A stretch of 64,000 nt of DNA, taken from NCBI GenBank assembly GCA_000092065.1, contig CP000582.1, one strand, 5' to 3'. This document shows positions 1-9,382 of the stretch, piece by piece (the stretch's first letter is position 1; each line of letters starts with the position of its first letter). The notes beneath the pieces are model-generated. The model was given only the letters and a program-made list of their open reading frames with translations, was not told the origin of the DNA and searched no databases. This stretch comes from Ostreococcus lucimarinus. Its lineage: Eukaryota. A program made the translations under genes and the position numbers.

Positions 1-2499
1 GAACACCGGACCGACACCGCGGAAACAATTGGCGATGTCGCCCAACACGCCCACCATGGACCGCGTGACGGTGGAGTCGCAGTTGGGGTCCTTGGAGACG
101 GCCTCGATGAAATCGACGACGAAGGGTACGTGCTCGCGAATACCGTTGAGCTTGGACGCGTCCATGGATTCCAGTTTTAAGCCTTGAAGAATACCCGCGT
201 ACGCTTCAAAAATACCGTTACGAAGCTCGTTGTTGTAGTCAACCATTTCCTCGTCGTCTGGGTTGGTGTTGGCTGATAATTGCATCGCGCTTTGCAACAT
301 GCCGACGACGTAACTGAGAAACTTTTCAAACGACGCGCCCGTCGCCAAGGCGAGGTCGCCGAAGCACGAAAGAATCGGCGGCTTGACGCTTCGGTGGAGC
401 TTCTCGCTTCCCAGATCGCGAAGGAGCAAGTACACGATGGGTTCGCAGTACGGCTCGATCTTGTCGTCCAACGCGCGGCAAATATCGCCGACTACGCCCA
501 CCGTCACCGCGCACACTTGGTGCTCTTCGTGGTTTTCTAATCCTAACTTGACGTACGGGATGAAGGCATCCATGTACTTGATGAAGTTTTCGCCGACAGC
601 GTAAGCTAACGCACCGACGGCGAGCATGGCCTCTTCATGCACCGTCGATGAACGGCAGCTAAACACGCTGAGGAACGCGTGCATCAAGCTGTCCGCGTGC
701 GCGAACAACGTCTGCTCCTTGGTTTCCTGCGAAGCCGCGCCCAACACCTGGATGATGACTTGTAAGGTACCGCACAACAGCGCCTGCGCGTCGGCTTGCT
801 TCTCGCGCATATCCGAACTCATCTGCTCTTGTCCAACCAACGTCGCACTGAGCTTCTGAAGCACGTGCGGGATGAGCTGTCCGACGGTGGGGTGATTCTC
901 CTCCGTGGACGAGCGCAAAATCTCATTCATTGACTCGTAACACTCCATCTTCAACCCGACCTCGGCGTCGGGGCGCTCGCTCGTGATTAACAACGTCTGG
1001 ATGATGCTCTGGAAGTACGGCACCAGCGCACGGCGACCGGCATCGCTTTGCGAGATGGCCGAAACGAGGTTTTGCACGGACCAGCACACCTTGCCCGCCA
1101 CGTGCGGCACGTCCTTCAGCGACTCCATCATCGCCTGTAACACTTGCGGAAACGTCTGCGCGTCCACCATCGGGTGCTCGTCCGTGTGCACGAACTCGAA
1201 CACGCGCCCGATAGTCCAAGCCGTCGTGTCCTTGACGTGCGTGCTATCGTCCTTGAGCGCCATCACGAGCACCGGCAGCGCCTCCTTCGCGATGCCCCCC
1301 AAGTTCGCCGGGTTCGGGCCTTCCAAAATAGCCCCGAACGCAAACGTCGCCGCCTCGCGCTGGCGCCACTCGCTCGATCGAATGTTCGCTTGAATGTAAG
1401 CCATGACTTGCTCCACCACCGGATCTCGCACGAGCTGCGCGACGAGACCGAGGCAAATGCCCCCCGCCATGGCGAGGTTCCACGCGTTTTCGTCCTCGTC
1501 TTGGTCGTCCTCCTGCTTCGTGAGCTGTTCGAGCAACATCGGCACCAGCGCGCCGAGCGCGGTGGCGATAAAGTTGAACATCTTCACGTCCGTTTCTCCG
1601 CACTCGATCGCGTCTTGACGACCGATCTCTTCCTCGCAAATCGTGCTCCAAAATTCAATCGCTTGCAAGCCGACTTCGCTTTGATCTTGCTTGGCCGCCT
1701 TCACCGTCAACTCGTACACCGCCTCGATGTACGCCGCCATGTACTCGTAGTAATTCTCCGCGATCCCAACCAACACCTCAAACGCCGCGACGCGCACGCG
1801 CGCGTCCTCGCACGTCGTCGCCTCGCACACGCACTGCATGATGAAGTCGCGCTCTTGCGCCTTTTCAAAATTCTCGTGCGCAAAGTACAACGCGTTATTC
1901 AGCGCTTGCGTCGCCGCCAACCGCACGCCGACGTCCGTTTCCCCGCGTCCCATCGCGCTCACCACCGCCGTGAGCACCCCGTTCACGTCCGCTTGTTCCA
2001 AATCGTCCGCGTCCACCTCCTCGCACACGTACCCCAGCGCCTCCAGGCTCGCCTGCTTCGCGCCCGCGTCGCCCCCTCCCTGCGCCCCTCGCTGCAGGCT
2101 CGGTATCAAATCCGGCCACGCCTTTCGCGGCACCTCCGCGCCCGCGATCTTCGCCACCACCTGCGCCGCGACGCTCCTCACCGGCGCCTCGCCGCACGCT
2201 AAACATCCCCACGCCGCGCGTTTGATCTCCTCTCGCGTCGCCGCGTCTCGCGTCATCCATCGCTCTCGCAGCTCGCGCCGCTTCGCCTCGTCCTTCGCGT
2301 CCAGCGTGTTCTTAAGGATCACGCCCGCGAGCTGTCGCGTCGCGAGCGGCGCGCTCGCGCACGCGAGCTCGTCGACGAGCGCCTTGGCGTACGCGCCGGC
2401 GTCGGACGCCTCGGCGTGTTTGAGCGCATCCTCGGCGGCGACGCGCGCGGCGACGTCGGGCGACTGCGTCGCGGCGAGGATGGGCGTGATCGAGGTCAT
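1..2499 (-). CDS. KPNB1: Importin subunit beta-1 (karyopherin beta). The N-terminal ~833 aa are present and the C-terminus runs past the window start.
   Basis: My own translation of the minus strand from the ATG at 2499 gives MTSITPILAATQSPDVAARVAAEDALKHAE...QLAGVILKNTLDAKD...LEALGYVCEEVD...MAGGICLGLVAQL. This is the canonical importin-beta N-terminal IBN domain followed by HEAT repeats. No stop occurs before position 1, which is why the ORF track omits it. Confidence 0.85.
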   Translation of the reverse strand, partial: MTSITPILAATQSPDVAARVAAEDALKHAEASDAGAYAKALVDELACASAPLATRQLAGVILKNTLDAKDEAKRRELRERWMTRDAATREEIKRAAWGCLACGEAPVRSVAAQVVAKIAGAEVPRKAWPDLIPSLQRGAQGGGDAGAKQASLEALGYVCEEVDADDLEQADVNGVLTAVVSAMGRGETDVGVRLAATQALNNALYFAHENFEKAQERDFIMQCVCEATTCEDARVRVAAFEVLVGIAENYYEYMAAYIEAVYELTVKAAKQDQSEVGLQAIEFWSTICEEEIGRQDAIECGETDVKMFNFIATALGALVPMLLEQLTKQEDDQDEDENAWNLAMAGGICLGLVAQLVRDPVVEQVMAYIQANIRSSEWRQREAATFAFGAILEGPNPANLGGIAKEALPVLVMALKDDSTHVKDTTAWTIGRVFEFVHTDEHPMVDAQTFPQVLQAMMESLKDVPHVAGKVCWSVQNLVSAISQSDAGRRALVPYFQSIIQTLLITSERPDAEVGLKMECYESMNEILRSSTEENHPTVGQLIPHVLQKLSATLVGQEQMSSDMREKQADAQALLCGTLQVIIQVLGAASQETKEQTLFAHADSLMHAFLSVFSCRSSTVHEEAMLAVGALAYAVGENFIKYMDAFIPYVKLGLENHEEHQVCAVTVGVVGDICRALDDKIEPYCEPIVYLLLRDLGSEKLHRSVKPPILSCFGDLALATGASFEKFLSYVVGMLQSAMQLSANTNPDDEEMVDYNNELRNGIFEAYAGILQGLKLESMDASKLNGIREHVPFVVDFIEAVSKDPNCDSTVTRSMVGVLGDIANCFRGVGPVF

Positions 2500-2544
2500 C
2501 GTCGGCGTCGGCGCGAACGCGCGAGGGCCGACCGCGCGCGACGG

Positions 2545-2760
2545 TGTGCGGCGCGCGCGATCGATGCGATTGCGCGCGAATCGAAAATCATCAGCGTGAG
2601 CTCAAGGGTTAGTATTACGGGCTAACAGACGCGGCGGGCGCGGAAGACGCGCGCGACGGCGCGCGGCGCGCGCGATCGATGCGATCGAACGCGAATTGAA
2701 AATGAATGATTTTCAGGGTTACACCACTGCGGGCTAACAGACGTGGCAGCCGCAGAAGAC
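2545..2760. repeat. Imperfect direct tandem duplication of ~107 bp in two copies (~2545-2650 and ~2651-2760).
   Basis: Both copies begin ggcgcgcgcgatcgatgcgat and end gggctaacagacg(c/t)gg...cgcagaagacgcgcgcga. Copy 2 contains the last codons and the TAG stop of the ADH gene. Copy 1 lies in the spacer upstream of the importin start. Confidence 0.7.
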
Positions 2761-3984
2761 GCGCGCGAGATCGCGGACGACGCCGCGCGGCCCGAACGCG
2801 TTGCGGTCGTCGAGAACGAGTCTGGGAGGACCGGACGTGCGAAGGGCGTCGACGCGCCCGGCGCGGACGTCGGCGGCGAAGGCGGCGATGTCTAAGACGT
2901 AACGCACGCCGGAGTCGTTTCCAGAGTCGAGCGCCTCGTAAATCTCCGTCAGACGCGACACGGGTAAAATTTCCAACTCGGGGACGATGCCGTGCGCGGC
3001 GCACAGATCCATCACCTCCTGCGTCGCGCGAATACCGCCGATCGCCGAGGCGACGATCGGGCTGTTTTCGCCTCGCACGCCGCGCGCCACCATGCCCGAG
3101 ACGAGTCCCGCGTGTAAACCGAGCACGACTTGTTTCGCGCGCGGGCGTCCGCGTTCGCGTTTTTTGAGCAACTTTTGAAATCGCAGGTAATCGTGCGCCA
3201 CGGGCACGGTGTTCAAAATTAAATCCAGCGTCCCTCGCGCGCGACGCATCGCGTCCGCGTCCTCCGAGCTCGCGAACGCCGTCGCCCCGCATCGACGCGC
3301 CAAACTCCTCTTCGTCTCGCTTCGACTGAAGACCACCACCTCCGACGCGCCCATCGCGCGCGCGATCTTCACCGCCATGACCCCTAACCCCCCCAATCCG
3401 ACCACGCCGACCGCGCTTCCCGCGCCGACGCCGTATCGCTTCATCGGATCGTACACCGTCACCCCCGCGCACATCACCGGTCCCGCGGCTTCCATCGGAT
3501 ACGCCTTCGGCACTCGAATCCCGAACCGTTCGTCCACGACGTGATGCGTCGCGTACCCTCCCATCGTGCGCCCTCCCACCGGCCACGTCCCCGCGCGTCC
3601 GTGCTTATCCTCGTCGCCGTACGTCCCGACCATCCCCCGCGCGCACCGATGCTCGTCGCCCGCGCCGCACGCCTCGCACGCCAGGCACGCGTCCACGACG
3701 CACCCCACGCCGATTCGATCGCCGATCGCGAACCGCGTGACGCCGTCGCCGATCGCGACGACCTCGCCCGCGAGCTCGTGGCCCGGCACCGCTGGATACT
3801 CGGTCGCGCCGAGCGCGCGCCGCAGGTGCCCGGCGGCGGCGTGCACGTCGCTGTGGCACACGCCGCAGTGCGTGAGCTCGAGCAGGACGTCGCGCGCGCC
3901 GAGCGGGCGACGGTAAGCGTCGATCGGTTCGAATCGACACTTCGCGTCGCGCGTCGCCATGCAGACGCACGGCGTCGGAGGCAT
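2734..3984 (-). CDS. Zn-dependent alcohol dehydrogenase, cinnamyl/mannitol dehydrogenase-like (MDR superfamily).
   Basis: 416-aa ORF with CGVCHSD (catalytic Zn), GHELAGEVVAIGDGV, a structural-Zn Cys cluster (CLACEACGAGDEHRC) and a GLGGLG Rossmann motif. ATG at 3984, alternative ATG at 3960. About 50 aa extend past the usual family C-terminus and end in CGCHVC. Confidence 0.85.
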   Translation of the reverse strand: MPPTPCVCMATRDAKCRFEPIDAYRRPLGARDVLLELTHCGVCHSDVHAAAGHLRRALGATEYPAVPGHELAGEVVAIGDGVTRFAIGDRIGVGCVVDACLACEACGAGDEHRCARGMVGTYGDEDKHGRAGTWPVGGRTMGGYATHHVVDERFGIRVPKAYPMEAAGPVMCAGVTVYDPMKRYGVGAGSAVGVVGLGGLGVMAVKIARAMGASEVVVFSRSETKRSLARRCGATAFASSEDADAMRRARGTLDLILNTVPVAHDYLRFQKLLKKRERGRPRAKQVVLGLHAGLVSGMVARGVRGENSPIVASAIGGIRATQEVMDLCAAHGIVPELEILPVSRLTEIYEALDSGNDSGVRYVLDIAAFAADVRAGRVDALRTSGPPRLVLDDRNAFGPRGVVRDLARVFCGCHVC

Positions 3985-4339
3985 CGCGACGGAACGATCG
4001 ACGCGCGGTGATGTGGCGCGACAGCGCGACGCGCGCGATGGGACGACGCGGACGAGGCGACGGGACGACGACGACGGCGCTCGCGGACGTCGTCGACGCG
4101 GTGCGCGAGCGCGAGCGAGGCGCGCGGAGGCGCGAAAGCGCGGCGAATGAATGGATTACGCGTAACGGTCGAACGAAGACTGACGACGACGCGACGACGC
4201 GACGACGCGGGCGCAGGTGGCGAGGAGCTACGCGAGGGATAGATCGCTGTGTGTGTCGTTCGCGGCGTGCGTGGGGGGCGTGGCGGCGTACGCGGCGCAT
4301 CAGACGGGGAAGGATGAGACGCGGGCGTTCGCGCGAGCG

Positions 4340-6331
4340 ATGCGCGCGGCGGCGGCGGCGGCGGCGCCGAGAGGACGCGAAAGAAGCGCGATGAAACGAG
4401 ACGAAGGCGCGACGTCGACGTCGACGGCTGATGAGGGTGGGACGGCGTCGAGCGCGTCGACGGCGGTGACGGCGACGGGGGGGTCGGGGGAGAAGAAGAA
4501 GAAGAAATCGACGCCGAGACGGAGATCCGCGGCGGCGGTGGACGCGACGTTCGCGAGGCGATTGAGGTTTTTGCTCGGGATCGTCGTGCCATCGTGGCGA
4601 AGCGAGGAGGCGTTTTTGTTGCTCACGCAGTCGTGCGCGCTCGTGTCGCGCTCGTTCATATCGTTGCGGATCGCGGAGAAGGGAGGGGACGGGATGCGCG
4701 CGGTGATGGAGCGCGATTGGCGCGAGGCGTCGTCGGTGCTGACGGACTTTTTCGTCTCGGGCGTCGCGGCGTCGGTGGTGAACTCGGCGCTCAAGTATTT
4801 GACCAATAGCATCACGACGTGCTTTCGCGAGCGGTTGACTCTGTACGTGCACGACGCGTATTTGTCGCATCGAGCGTATTACAAGGCGGCGGTGCTTCGA
4901 CACGGCGACTTGGACAACGCCGATCAACGCGTGGCGGAGGATTTGCACCAGTTCTGCGCCACGACGAGCGATTTATACGCGCGAACGTTCAAACCGCTTT
5001 TGGATGTGATTTTAAGCACGTCTCGAATGGCGCAGACGATGGGATACTCGGGGCTCTTCGTGTTGTACGCGTACTTTGGCCTCTCTGGCGCCGCGGTGCG
5101 AGCTTTTTCGCCGCCGTTCGGCGAGTACATCGCGCAGACGCAAAAGCGCGAAGGCGAGTTCCGCCGCGCGCACTCGAGGTTGATTCAACACGCCGAAGAA
5201 GTCGCCTTTCTCGACGGGAGCGCGCGCGAGAAGGAAATCTTAAACAAATCGTTGCACGAGGTGACGACGTGGAGTCACTTTTACTACTACTCTCAATTCA
5301 AGCAGGGCATCGTCGATCAATACGCGCTGAAATATTTTGCGTCAATGATCGGCTGGCCCGTGCTCGCGGTTCCGTTCATGTACTCTGACTTGAGCGCGAG
5401 CGAGATCGCGGCGAGGTACAAGGAGAACGACACCCTCATCAAGAGCGCGAGCGGCTCCATCGGAGATTTAATGTTGGTGTACAAAAAGCTCCAGCGTTTG
5501 GCTGGGTTCACCGCGCGAGTCACCGAGCTCATCGAGAGCGTAGACTCCGTGTCCGCCGAAGCGAGCACGGTTCAAGTCGCGGGCGAGGACGATGGAATCC
5601 ACTTCAAAGACGTCACCGTCTACGCGCCCGACGGCCGATTGCTGGTGAAGAATTTGAACTTGGACATCAATCCGGGCGAGAGCGTCTTCATCACCGGCGC
5701 GAACGGCGCGGGGAAGACATCAATCTTCCGCGTTCTCGCCGGCCTGTGGCGCGCGGCTTCCGGCAGCGTCGTTCGCCCGTCCCACGGTTTGGCCACGACG
5801 GCGGACGGCGACGCCGCCATCTTTTACGTCCCCCAGCGCCCGTACTTGGTCTCCGGTACGCTTCGAGACCAAGTGATGTACCCGCTGGCCGGCGATGACG
5901 AACGCGACGACGAAGTGCTGGAGTGTTTGCAGCTCGCAAACTTGATGAAAGTCGTGGATGCGAGCGAAGGCGGTTTGAGCAGAGTCGAGCACGATTGGAC
6001 CGACGTCTTGAGCGGCGGCGAAAAGCAACGCATCGGTTTGGCCAGGCTGTACTTCCATCGACCCACGTTTGCCATCCTGGACGAGGCCACGAGCGCGATC
6101 AATCCAGACGAAGAAGGTTTGCTCTACGCGCACATAGAAACTCTCGGCATCACCGCGTTCAGCATCGCCCATCGCTTGGAGCTCAAGCGCTTCCACGCCA
6201 TGCACTTGCACTTGGCCGCCGACGGTTCGGGGCGTTGGTCGCTCAAGAATCTCCGCCGCACGAGCTGGAACCTCGATTCGATGAACTCTCTCACCGACAA
6301 TCTCCGTCGGTCGATCTCGTTGCCCCAGTGA
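4340..6331 (+). CDS. ABCD: Peroxisomal ABC half-transporter, ABCD family (ALDP/PMP70/CTS-like).
   Basis: The track ORF 4217..6331 starts with GTG, and the first in-frame ATG is at 4340. The N-terminal membrane domain carries ABCD signatures (NADQR, EGEFR). The C-terminal NBD has Walker A GANGAGKTS, signature LSGGEKQR and Walker B ILDEATSA. Confidence 0.9.
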   Translation: MRAAAAAAAPRGRERSAMKRDEGATSTSTADEGGTASSASTAVTATGGSGEKKKKKSTPRRRSAAAVDATFARRLRFLLGIVVPSWRSEEAFLLLTQSCALVSRSFISLRIAEKGGDGMRAVMERDWREASSVLTDFFVSGVAASVVNSALKYLTNSITTCFRERLTLYVHDAYLSHRAYYKAAVLRHGDLDNADQRVAEDLHQFCATTSDLYARTFKPLLDVILSTSRMAQTMGYSGLFVLYAYFGLSGAAVRAFSPPFGEYIAQTQKREGEFRRAHSRLIQHAEEVAFLDGSAREKEILNKSLHEVTTWSHFYYYSQFKQGIVDQYALKYFASMIGWPVLAVPFMYSDLSASEIAARYKENDTLIKSASGSIGDLMLVYKKLQRLAGFTARVTELIESVDSVSAEASTVQVAGEDDGIHFKDVTVYAPDGRLLVKNLNLDINPGESVFITGANGAGKTSIFRVLAGLWRAASGSVVRPSHGLATTADGDAAIFYVPQRPYLVSGTLRDQVMYPLAGDDERDDEVLECLQLANLMKVVDASEGGLSRVEHDWTDVLSGGEKQRIGLARLYFHRPTFAILDEATSAINPDEEGLLYAHIETLGITAFSIAHRLELKRFHAMHLHLAADGSGRWSLKNLRRTSWNLDSMNSLTDNLRRSISLPQ

Positions 6332-6398
6332 AATATAATTGTAAAAATACAAAATCGATCCGCTACGCGTTTCGATCGCTACGTCGTCGCGTCGTCGT

Positions 6399-6887
6399 CT
6401 ATCCCTCGTCATCATCGCCCTCCACCAATTCAAAAGCCGCCAGCCCGTGCCCGTGCCCCGCGAACGTCTCTTTCTCCCCCTTCCCCGTTCGTTTCCGTTT
6501 CCGCGCCCCCGTTTCGGGCGTCTTCCCGTCTTCGTCGTCGTCCGCCGCGCGCGCCCTCGCGCCGTCGCGACACCCCGCGCACAAATCGAACGCGTCTCCC
6601 CTCAGCTCGCACACGACGCACGACCAGCGCGCGCGTCCCGGCAGTATGTACAGCCCGCATCCATCGCACGTGCGCGGGAGCTCCCAGACGTCGCCGCGAT
6701 CGACGCGCGCGTCGGCGACGCCGATGGTTCGTTCGAGCTCGGCGTCGAACGACACCGCGCGCGCGCGCCGCGGCGCCGCCGCGCGCGACGGCGCGGCGTC
6801 GAGCGCGCGCGCCGCCTTCGTCGCCGTCGTCGCCGCCGCGCGCGCGTCGCGCGTCGCGCGCGCGCGGACGACGCGCGTCGACGCCAT
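6399..6887 (-). CDS. Small ZZ-type zinc finger protein (~162 aa).
   Basis: CDGCGLYILPGRARWSCVVCELRGDAFDLCAGC matches the ZZ finger Cys spacing. The N-terminus is Ala/Arg-rich and the C-terminus acidic. The track start at 6911 is GTG, so I used the first ATG at 6887. It lies divergent from SUV3. Confidence 0.5.
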   Translation of the reverse strand: MASTRVVRARATRDARAAATTATKAARALDAAPSRAAAPRRARAVSFDAELERTIGVADARVDRGDVWELPRTCDGCGLYILPGRARWSCVVCELRGDAFDLCAGCRDGARARAADDDEDGKTPETGARKRKRTGKGEKETFAGHGHGLAAFELVEGDDDEG

Positions 6888-6982
6888 CGACGCGCCGCGC
6901 TCTGACGGCACTGCGCGTCGCGTCGCGCCGCGCGTCGTCGTCCGCGCGCGACGCGCGCGCGCGCGCGCGTCGGACGATCGAC

Positions 6983-9265
6983 ATGGCGCTCGCGCGCCGC
7001 GCGATGGCGCGCGCGATGGCGCGCGCGCGCGACGGCGTCGCGGCGACGATGGCGCGCGGAGGCGCGACGGCGACGACGACGGCGACGACGCGGTCGGACG
7101 ACGCGACGCGCGCGCGCGACGCGCGAACGATGGCGTCCGCGGCGTGCTCGACGTCGAGCGCGGCGTCGGCGGGACGCGCGCGCGCGGCGGCGGCGGGACG
7201 GTGGAACGCGGCGCGCGGCGACGGCGCGAACGCGCGCGGGGCGACGTTCGCGACGTCGAGCGCGGCGGCGCGCGCGAGGTCCGCGGGCGATGCGGGCGCG
7301 AAGGACGCGCGGGGTGGCGCGCGGAGAGCGCGAGCGTCGATGACGCCGGAGATTCAGCGGTTGTTGGACATGCGCGATCCGGCGGCGGCGTATCCGCTCG
7401 CGAGGTCGATGCGGCGAGAGATTACGCTGCACGTGGGGCCGACGAACAGTGGGAAGACGTACGCCGCGATGCAGCGGTTGAAGCGGGCGGGGAGTGGGGT
7501 GTATTGCGCGCCGTTGAGGTTGCTGGCGTGGGAGATTTCAGAGAATATGAATAGAGAGGGGGTGCCGTGCACGCTCGTCACGGGGCAGGAGCGGCGCGTG
7601 GCGCCGAACGCCTCGCACGATAGTTGCACGGTGGAGATGTCGGATCTGTCCAAGGTCATGGACTGCGCGGTGATTGATGAGATACAACTGCTGAGTGACC
7701 CACTTCGAGGGTACGCGTACACGCGCGCGTTGCTGGGGTTGCCCGCGTTGGAGCTGCACCTGTGCGGCGATCCTCGCGTGGTGCCGTTGGTGCGACGCAT
7801 CGTCAAGTCGACGGGGGATTTATTAGTGGTCAAAGAGTACGACAGATTGTCGCCGTTAGAAGTCTCGCGCGATATCGTCAAGAGTGTGAAGGACGTGCGC
7901 AAGGGTGACGCGTTCGTAGCTTTCAGCCGAAGCGCGGTGTACGATTTGAAGCGCGAGTTGGAACAGAAATCGCCGCACCGAGCGTGCGTCATTTATGGAG
8001 GTTTGCCGCCGGAGACGCGCTCGAGGCAAGCTGAGCTGTTTAACAAGCCCGATAGCGGCTACGACGTTCTCATCGCGTCCGATGCGATCGGGATGGGCTT
8101 GAATTTGAACATCAAGCGCGTGATTTTTACGACAATGTCCAAATTCGACGGAAGCGAGATGCGCAAACTGGCGGGGCCCGAGACGAGACAAATCGCCGGT
8201 CGTGCGGGACGATACGGTCTCAACTACGCGGACATGGGGATCGTGACGACGACGAAAAAGGCTGACTACGACTTGCTCGCGGCGGCCCTTGAAGGCGAGC
8301 TGGAGCCGTTGACTCAAGCCGGTCTCGCGCCGTCGCTCGAGCAAGTAGAAGAGTACTGCGAGCTTCGCCCGGAGGCGGGTCTCGTCGGCGCCTTGCAAGC
8401 GCTGAGCGACTCGGCCAAGTTGGCGCCGCACTTTCGCATGCGAGATATGGAAGAATCCATCGCCGTGGCGAAATTGTTGGAAAAGCTTCCGCTCACGCTG
8501 GCTGATCATTTCTTGTTTTCCATCGCGCCAGTCGACATTCGCGATTCCATGGTCGTGAACGCGATGATGAAGTTTGCGCGCGTGTTTTGCACGCACGGAC
8601 GCGCAGGCGTGCGTCTGATTTCGCTGCCTCCCGCGCGCACGCCCACGGCGCCGCATGAGTTACAAAAGCTTGAAAGCGCGCACAAGTGCCTCGACTTGTA
8701 CTTGTGGCTCGCCAGACGTCTGCCGAACGCATTTCCAGAAGAGAACCTGGCCGACGCTTACCGCACCGCCACGGCGACGGCGATCAGTGCAGGGCTGCAG
8801 TACCTGTCGTTGCTCTCGCAAAAGCGCTTAGCGCGCGCGAAGCAGCGACGTAGAGGTTTCTCCGCGACGACTGAGACTGCCGATTCGCTCGCGACGCCGG
8901 TCGTGGACGCCCTGCACCCCAGCGCAGTCCACGACGCTTTCACCGCAGTCCTCCGCGCCACGAAAGACGTCGAGGACGAGCGCGAGCGCGCCGGTCTCGC
9001 TCGCATTGACGCCGCCGAGCGCAAGGCCGCGTCCTCCGCCGAGTCCGCGTGGACACGCAACGCGCAGCGAAAGCCCGCGCAGCGAAAGCCCGGAAAAGTC
9101 CACATCCTTCGCGACACCAAGCCTTCGCCGAAAAAAACGACGAAACTGTCGACCACGAAATCCATCGCGCGGGACGCCTCGAGCGCCGAGCGCGCCGAGT
9201 CACCACCACCGTCGCCGTCGCCGCGTCGCGCCGCCGCGTCGCACCTCAAACCGAGCTGGTTGTAA
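6983..9265 (+). CDS. SUV3: ATP-dependent RNA helicase SUV3, mitochondrial-type.
   Basis: GPTNSGKTY (motif I), DEIQ (motif II), SDAIGMGLNL, QIAGRAGR, plus the SUV3-specific C-terminal region. The N-terminus is Ala/Arg/Ser-rich and presequence-like. ATG at 6983. Confidence 0.9.
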   Translation: MALARRAMARAMARARDGVAATMARGGATATTTATTRSDDATRARDARTMASAACSTSSAASAGRARAAAAGRWNAARGDGANARGATFATSSAAARARSAGDAGAKDARGGARRARASMTPEIQRLLDMRDPAAAYPLARSMRREITLHVGPTNSGKTYAAMQRLKRAGSGVYCAPLRLLAWEISENMNREGVPCTLVTGQERRVAPNASHDSCTVEMSDLSKVMDCAVIDEIQLLSDPLRGYAYTRALLGLPALELHLCGDPRVVPLVRRIVKSTGDLLVVKEYDRLSPLEVSRDIVKSVKDVRKGDAFVAFSRSAVYDLKRELEQKSPHRACVIYGGLPPETRSRQAELFNKPDSGYDVLIASDAIGMGLNLNIKRVIFTTMSKFDGSEMRKLAGPETRQIAGRAGRYGLNYADMGIVTTTKKADYDLLAAALEGELEPLTQAGLAPSLEQVEEYCELRPEAGLVGALQALSDSAKLAPHFRMRDMEESIAVAKLLEKLPLTLADHFLFSIAPVDIRDSMVVNAMMKFARVFCTHGRAGVRLISLPPARTPTAPHELQKLESAHKCLDLYLWLARRLPNAFPEENLADAYRTATATAISAGLQYLSLLSQKRLARAKQRRRGFSATTETADSLATPVVDALHPSAVHDAFTAVLRATKDVEDERERAGLARIDAAERKAASSAESAWTRNAQRKPAQRKPGKVHILRDTKPSPKKTTKLSTTKSIARDASSAERAESPPPSPSPRRAAASHLKPSWL

Positions 9266-9382
9266 CCGATAGACAGATAGGTAGATCGAACGCCCGTCGC
9301 GTCGCCGCGCGACGGGTGCGCGTTAACGAACGCGGTCGCGACGCTCCACCGCGTTCTCGGCGCCAATCGACGTCGCGCGGCG

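Noticed and set aside
1144-2202. 352-aa plus-strand ORF (also 1838..2599 plus and 923..1219, 1244..1651, 1895..2260 minus) over the importin-beta locus
   Set aside because: Arg/His/Leu-rich or Ala/Ser-rich with no domain. They lie antisense or out of frame to a clearly conserved importin-beta reading frame, which makes them GC-composition artefacts.
4490-4510. gaagaagaagaagaaatcg run inside the ABCD gene
   Set aside because: It is a short coding poly-Lys stretch (KKKKK) in an N-terminal low-complexity region. It was not reported as a separate feature.
2615-4948. Long minus-strand ORFs 2615..3586, 3474..4592 and 3605..4948, and plus ORFs 2706..3167 and 3541..4011
   Set aside because: Extreme Arg, Pro and Ser low-complexity. 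They overlap the ADH and ABCD genes in other frames, and no motifs are present.
6430-7432. Arg-rich ORFs 6430..6984 (minus), 6447..6905 (plus) and 6602..7432 (minus)
   Set aside because: Poly-Arg/Ala translations of CGC-rich sequence that overlap the ZZ-finger gene and the SUV3 N-terminus. They are not credible proteins.
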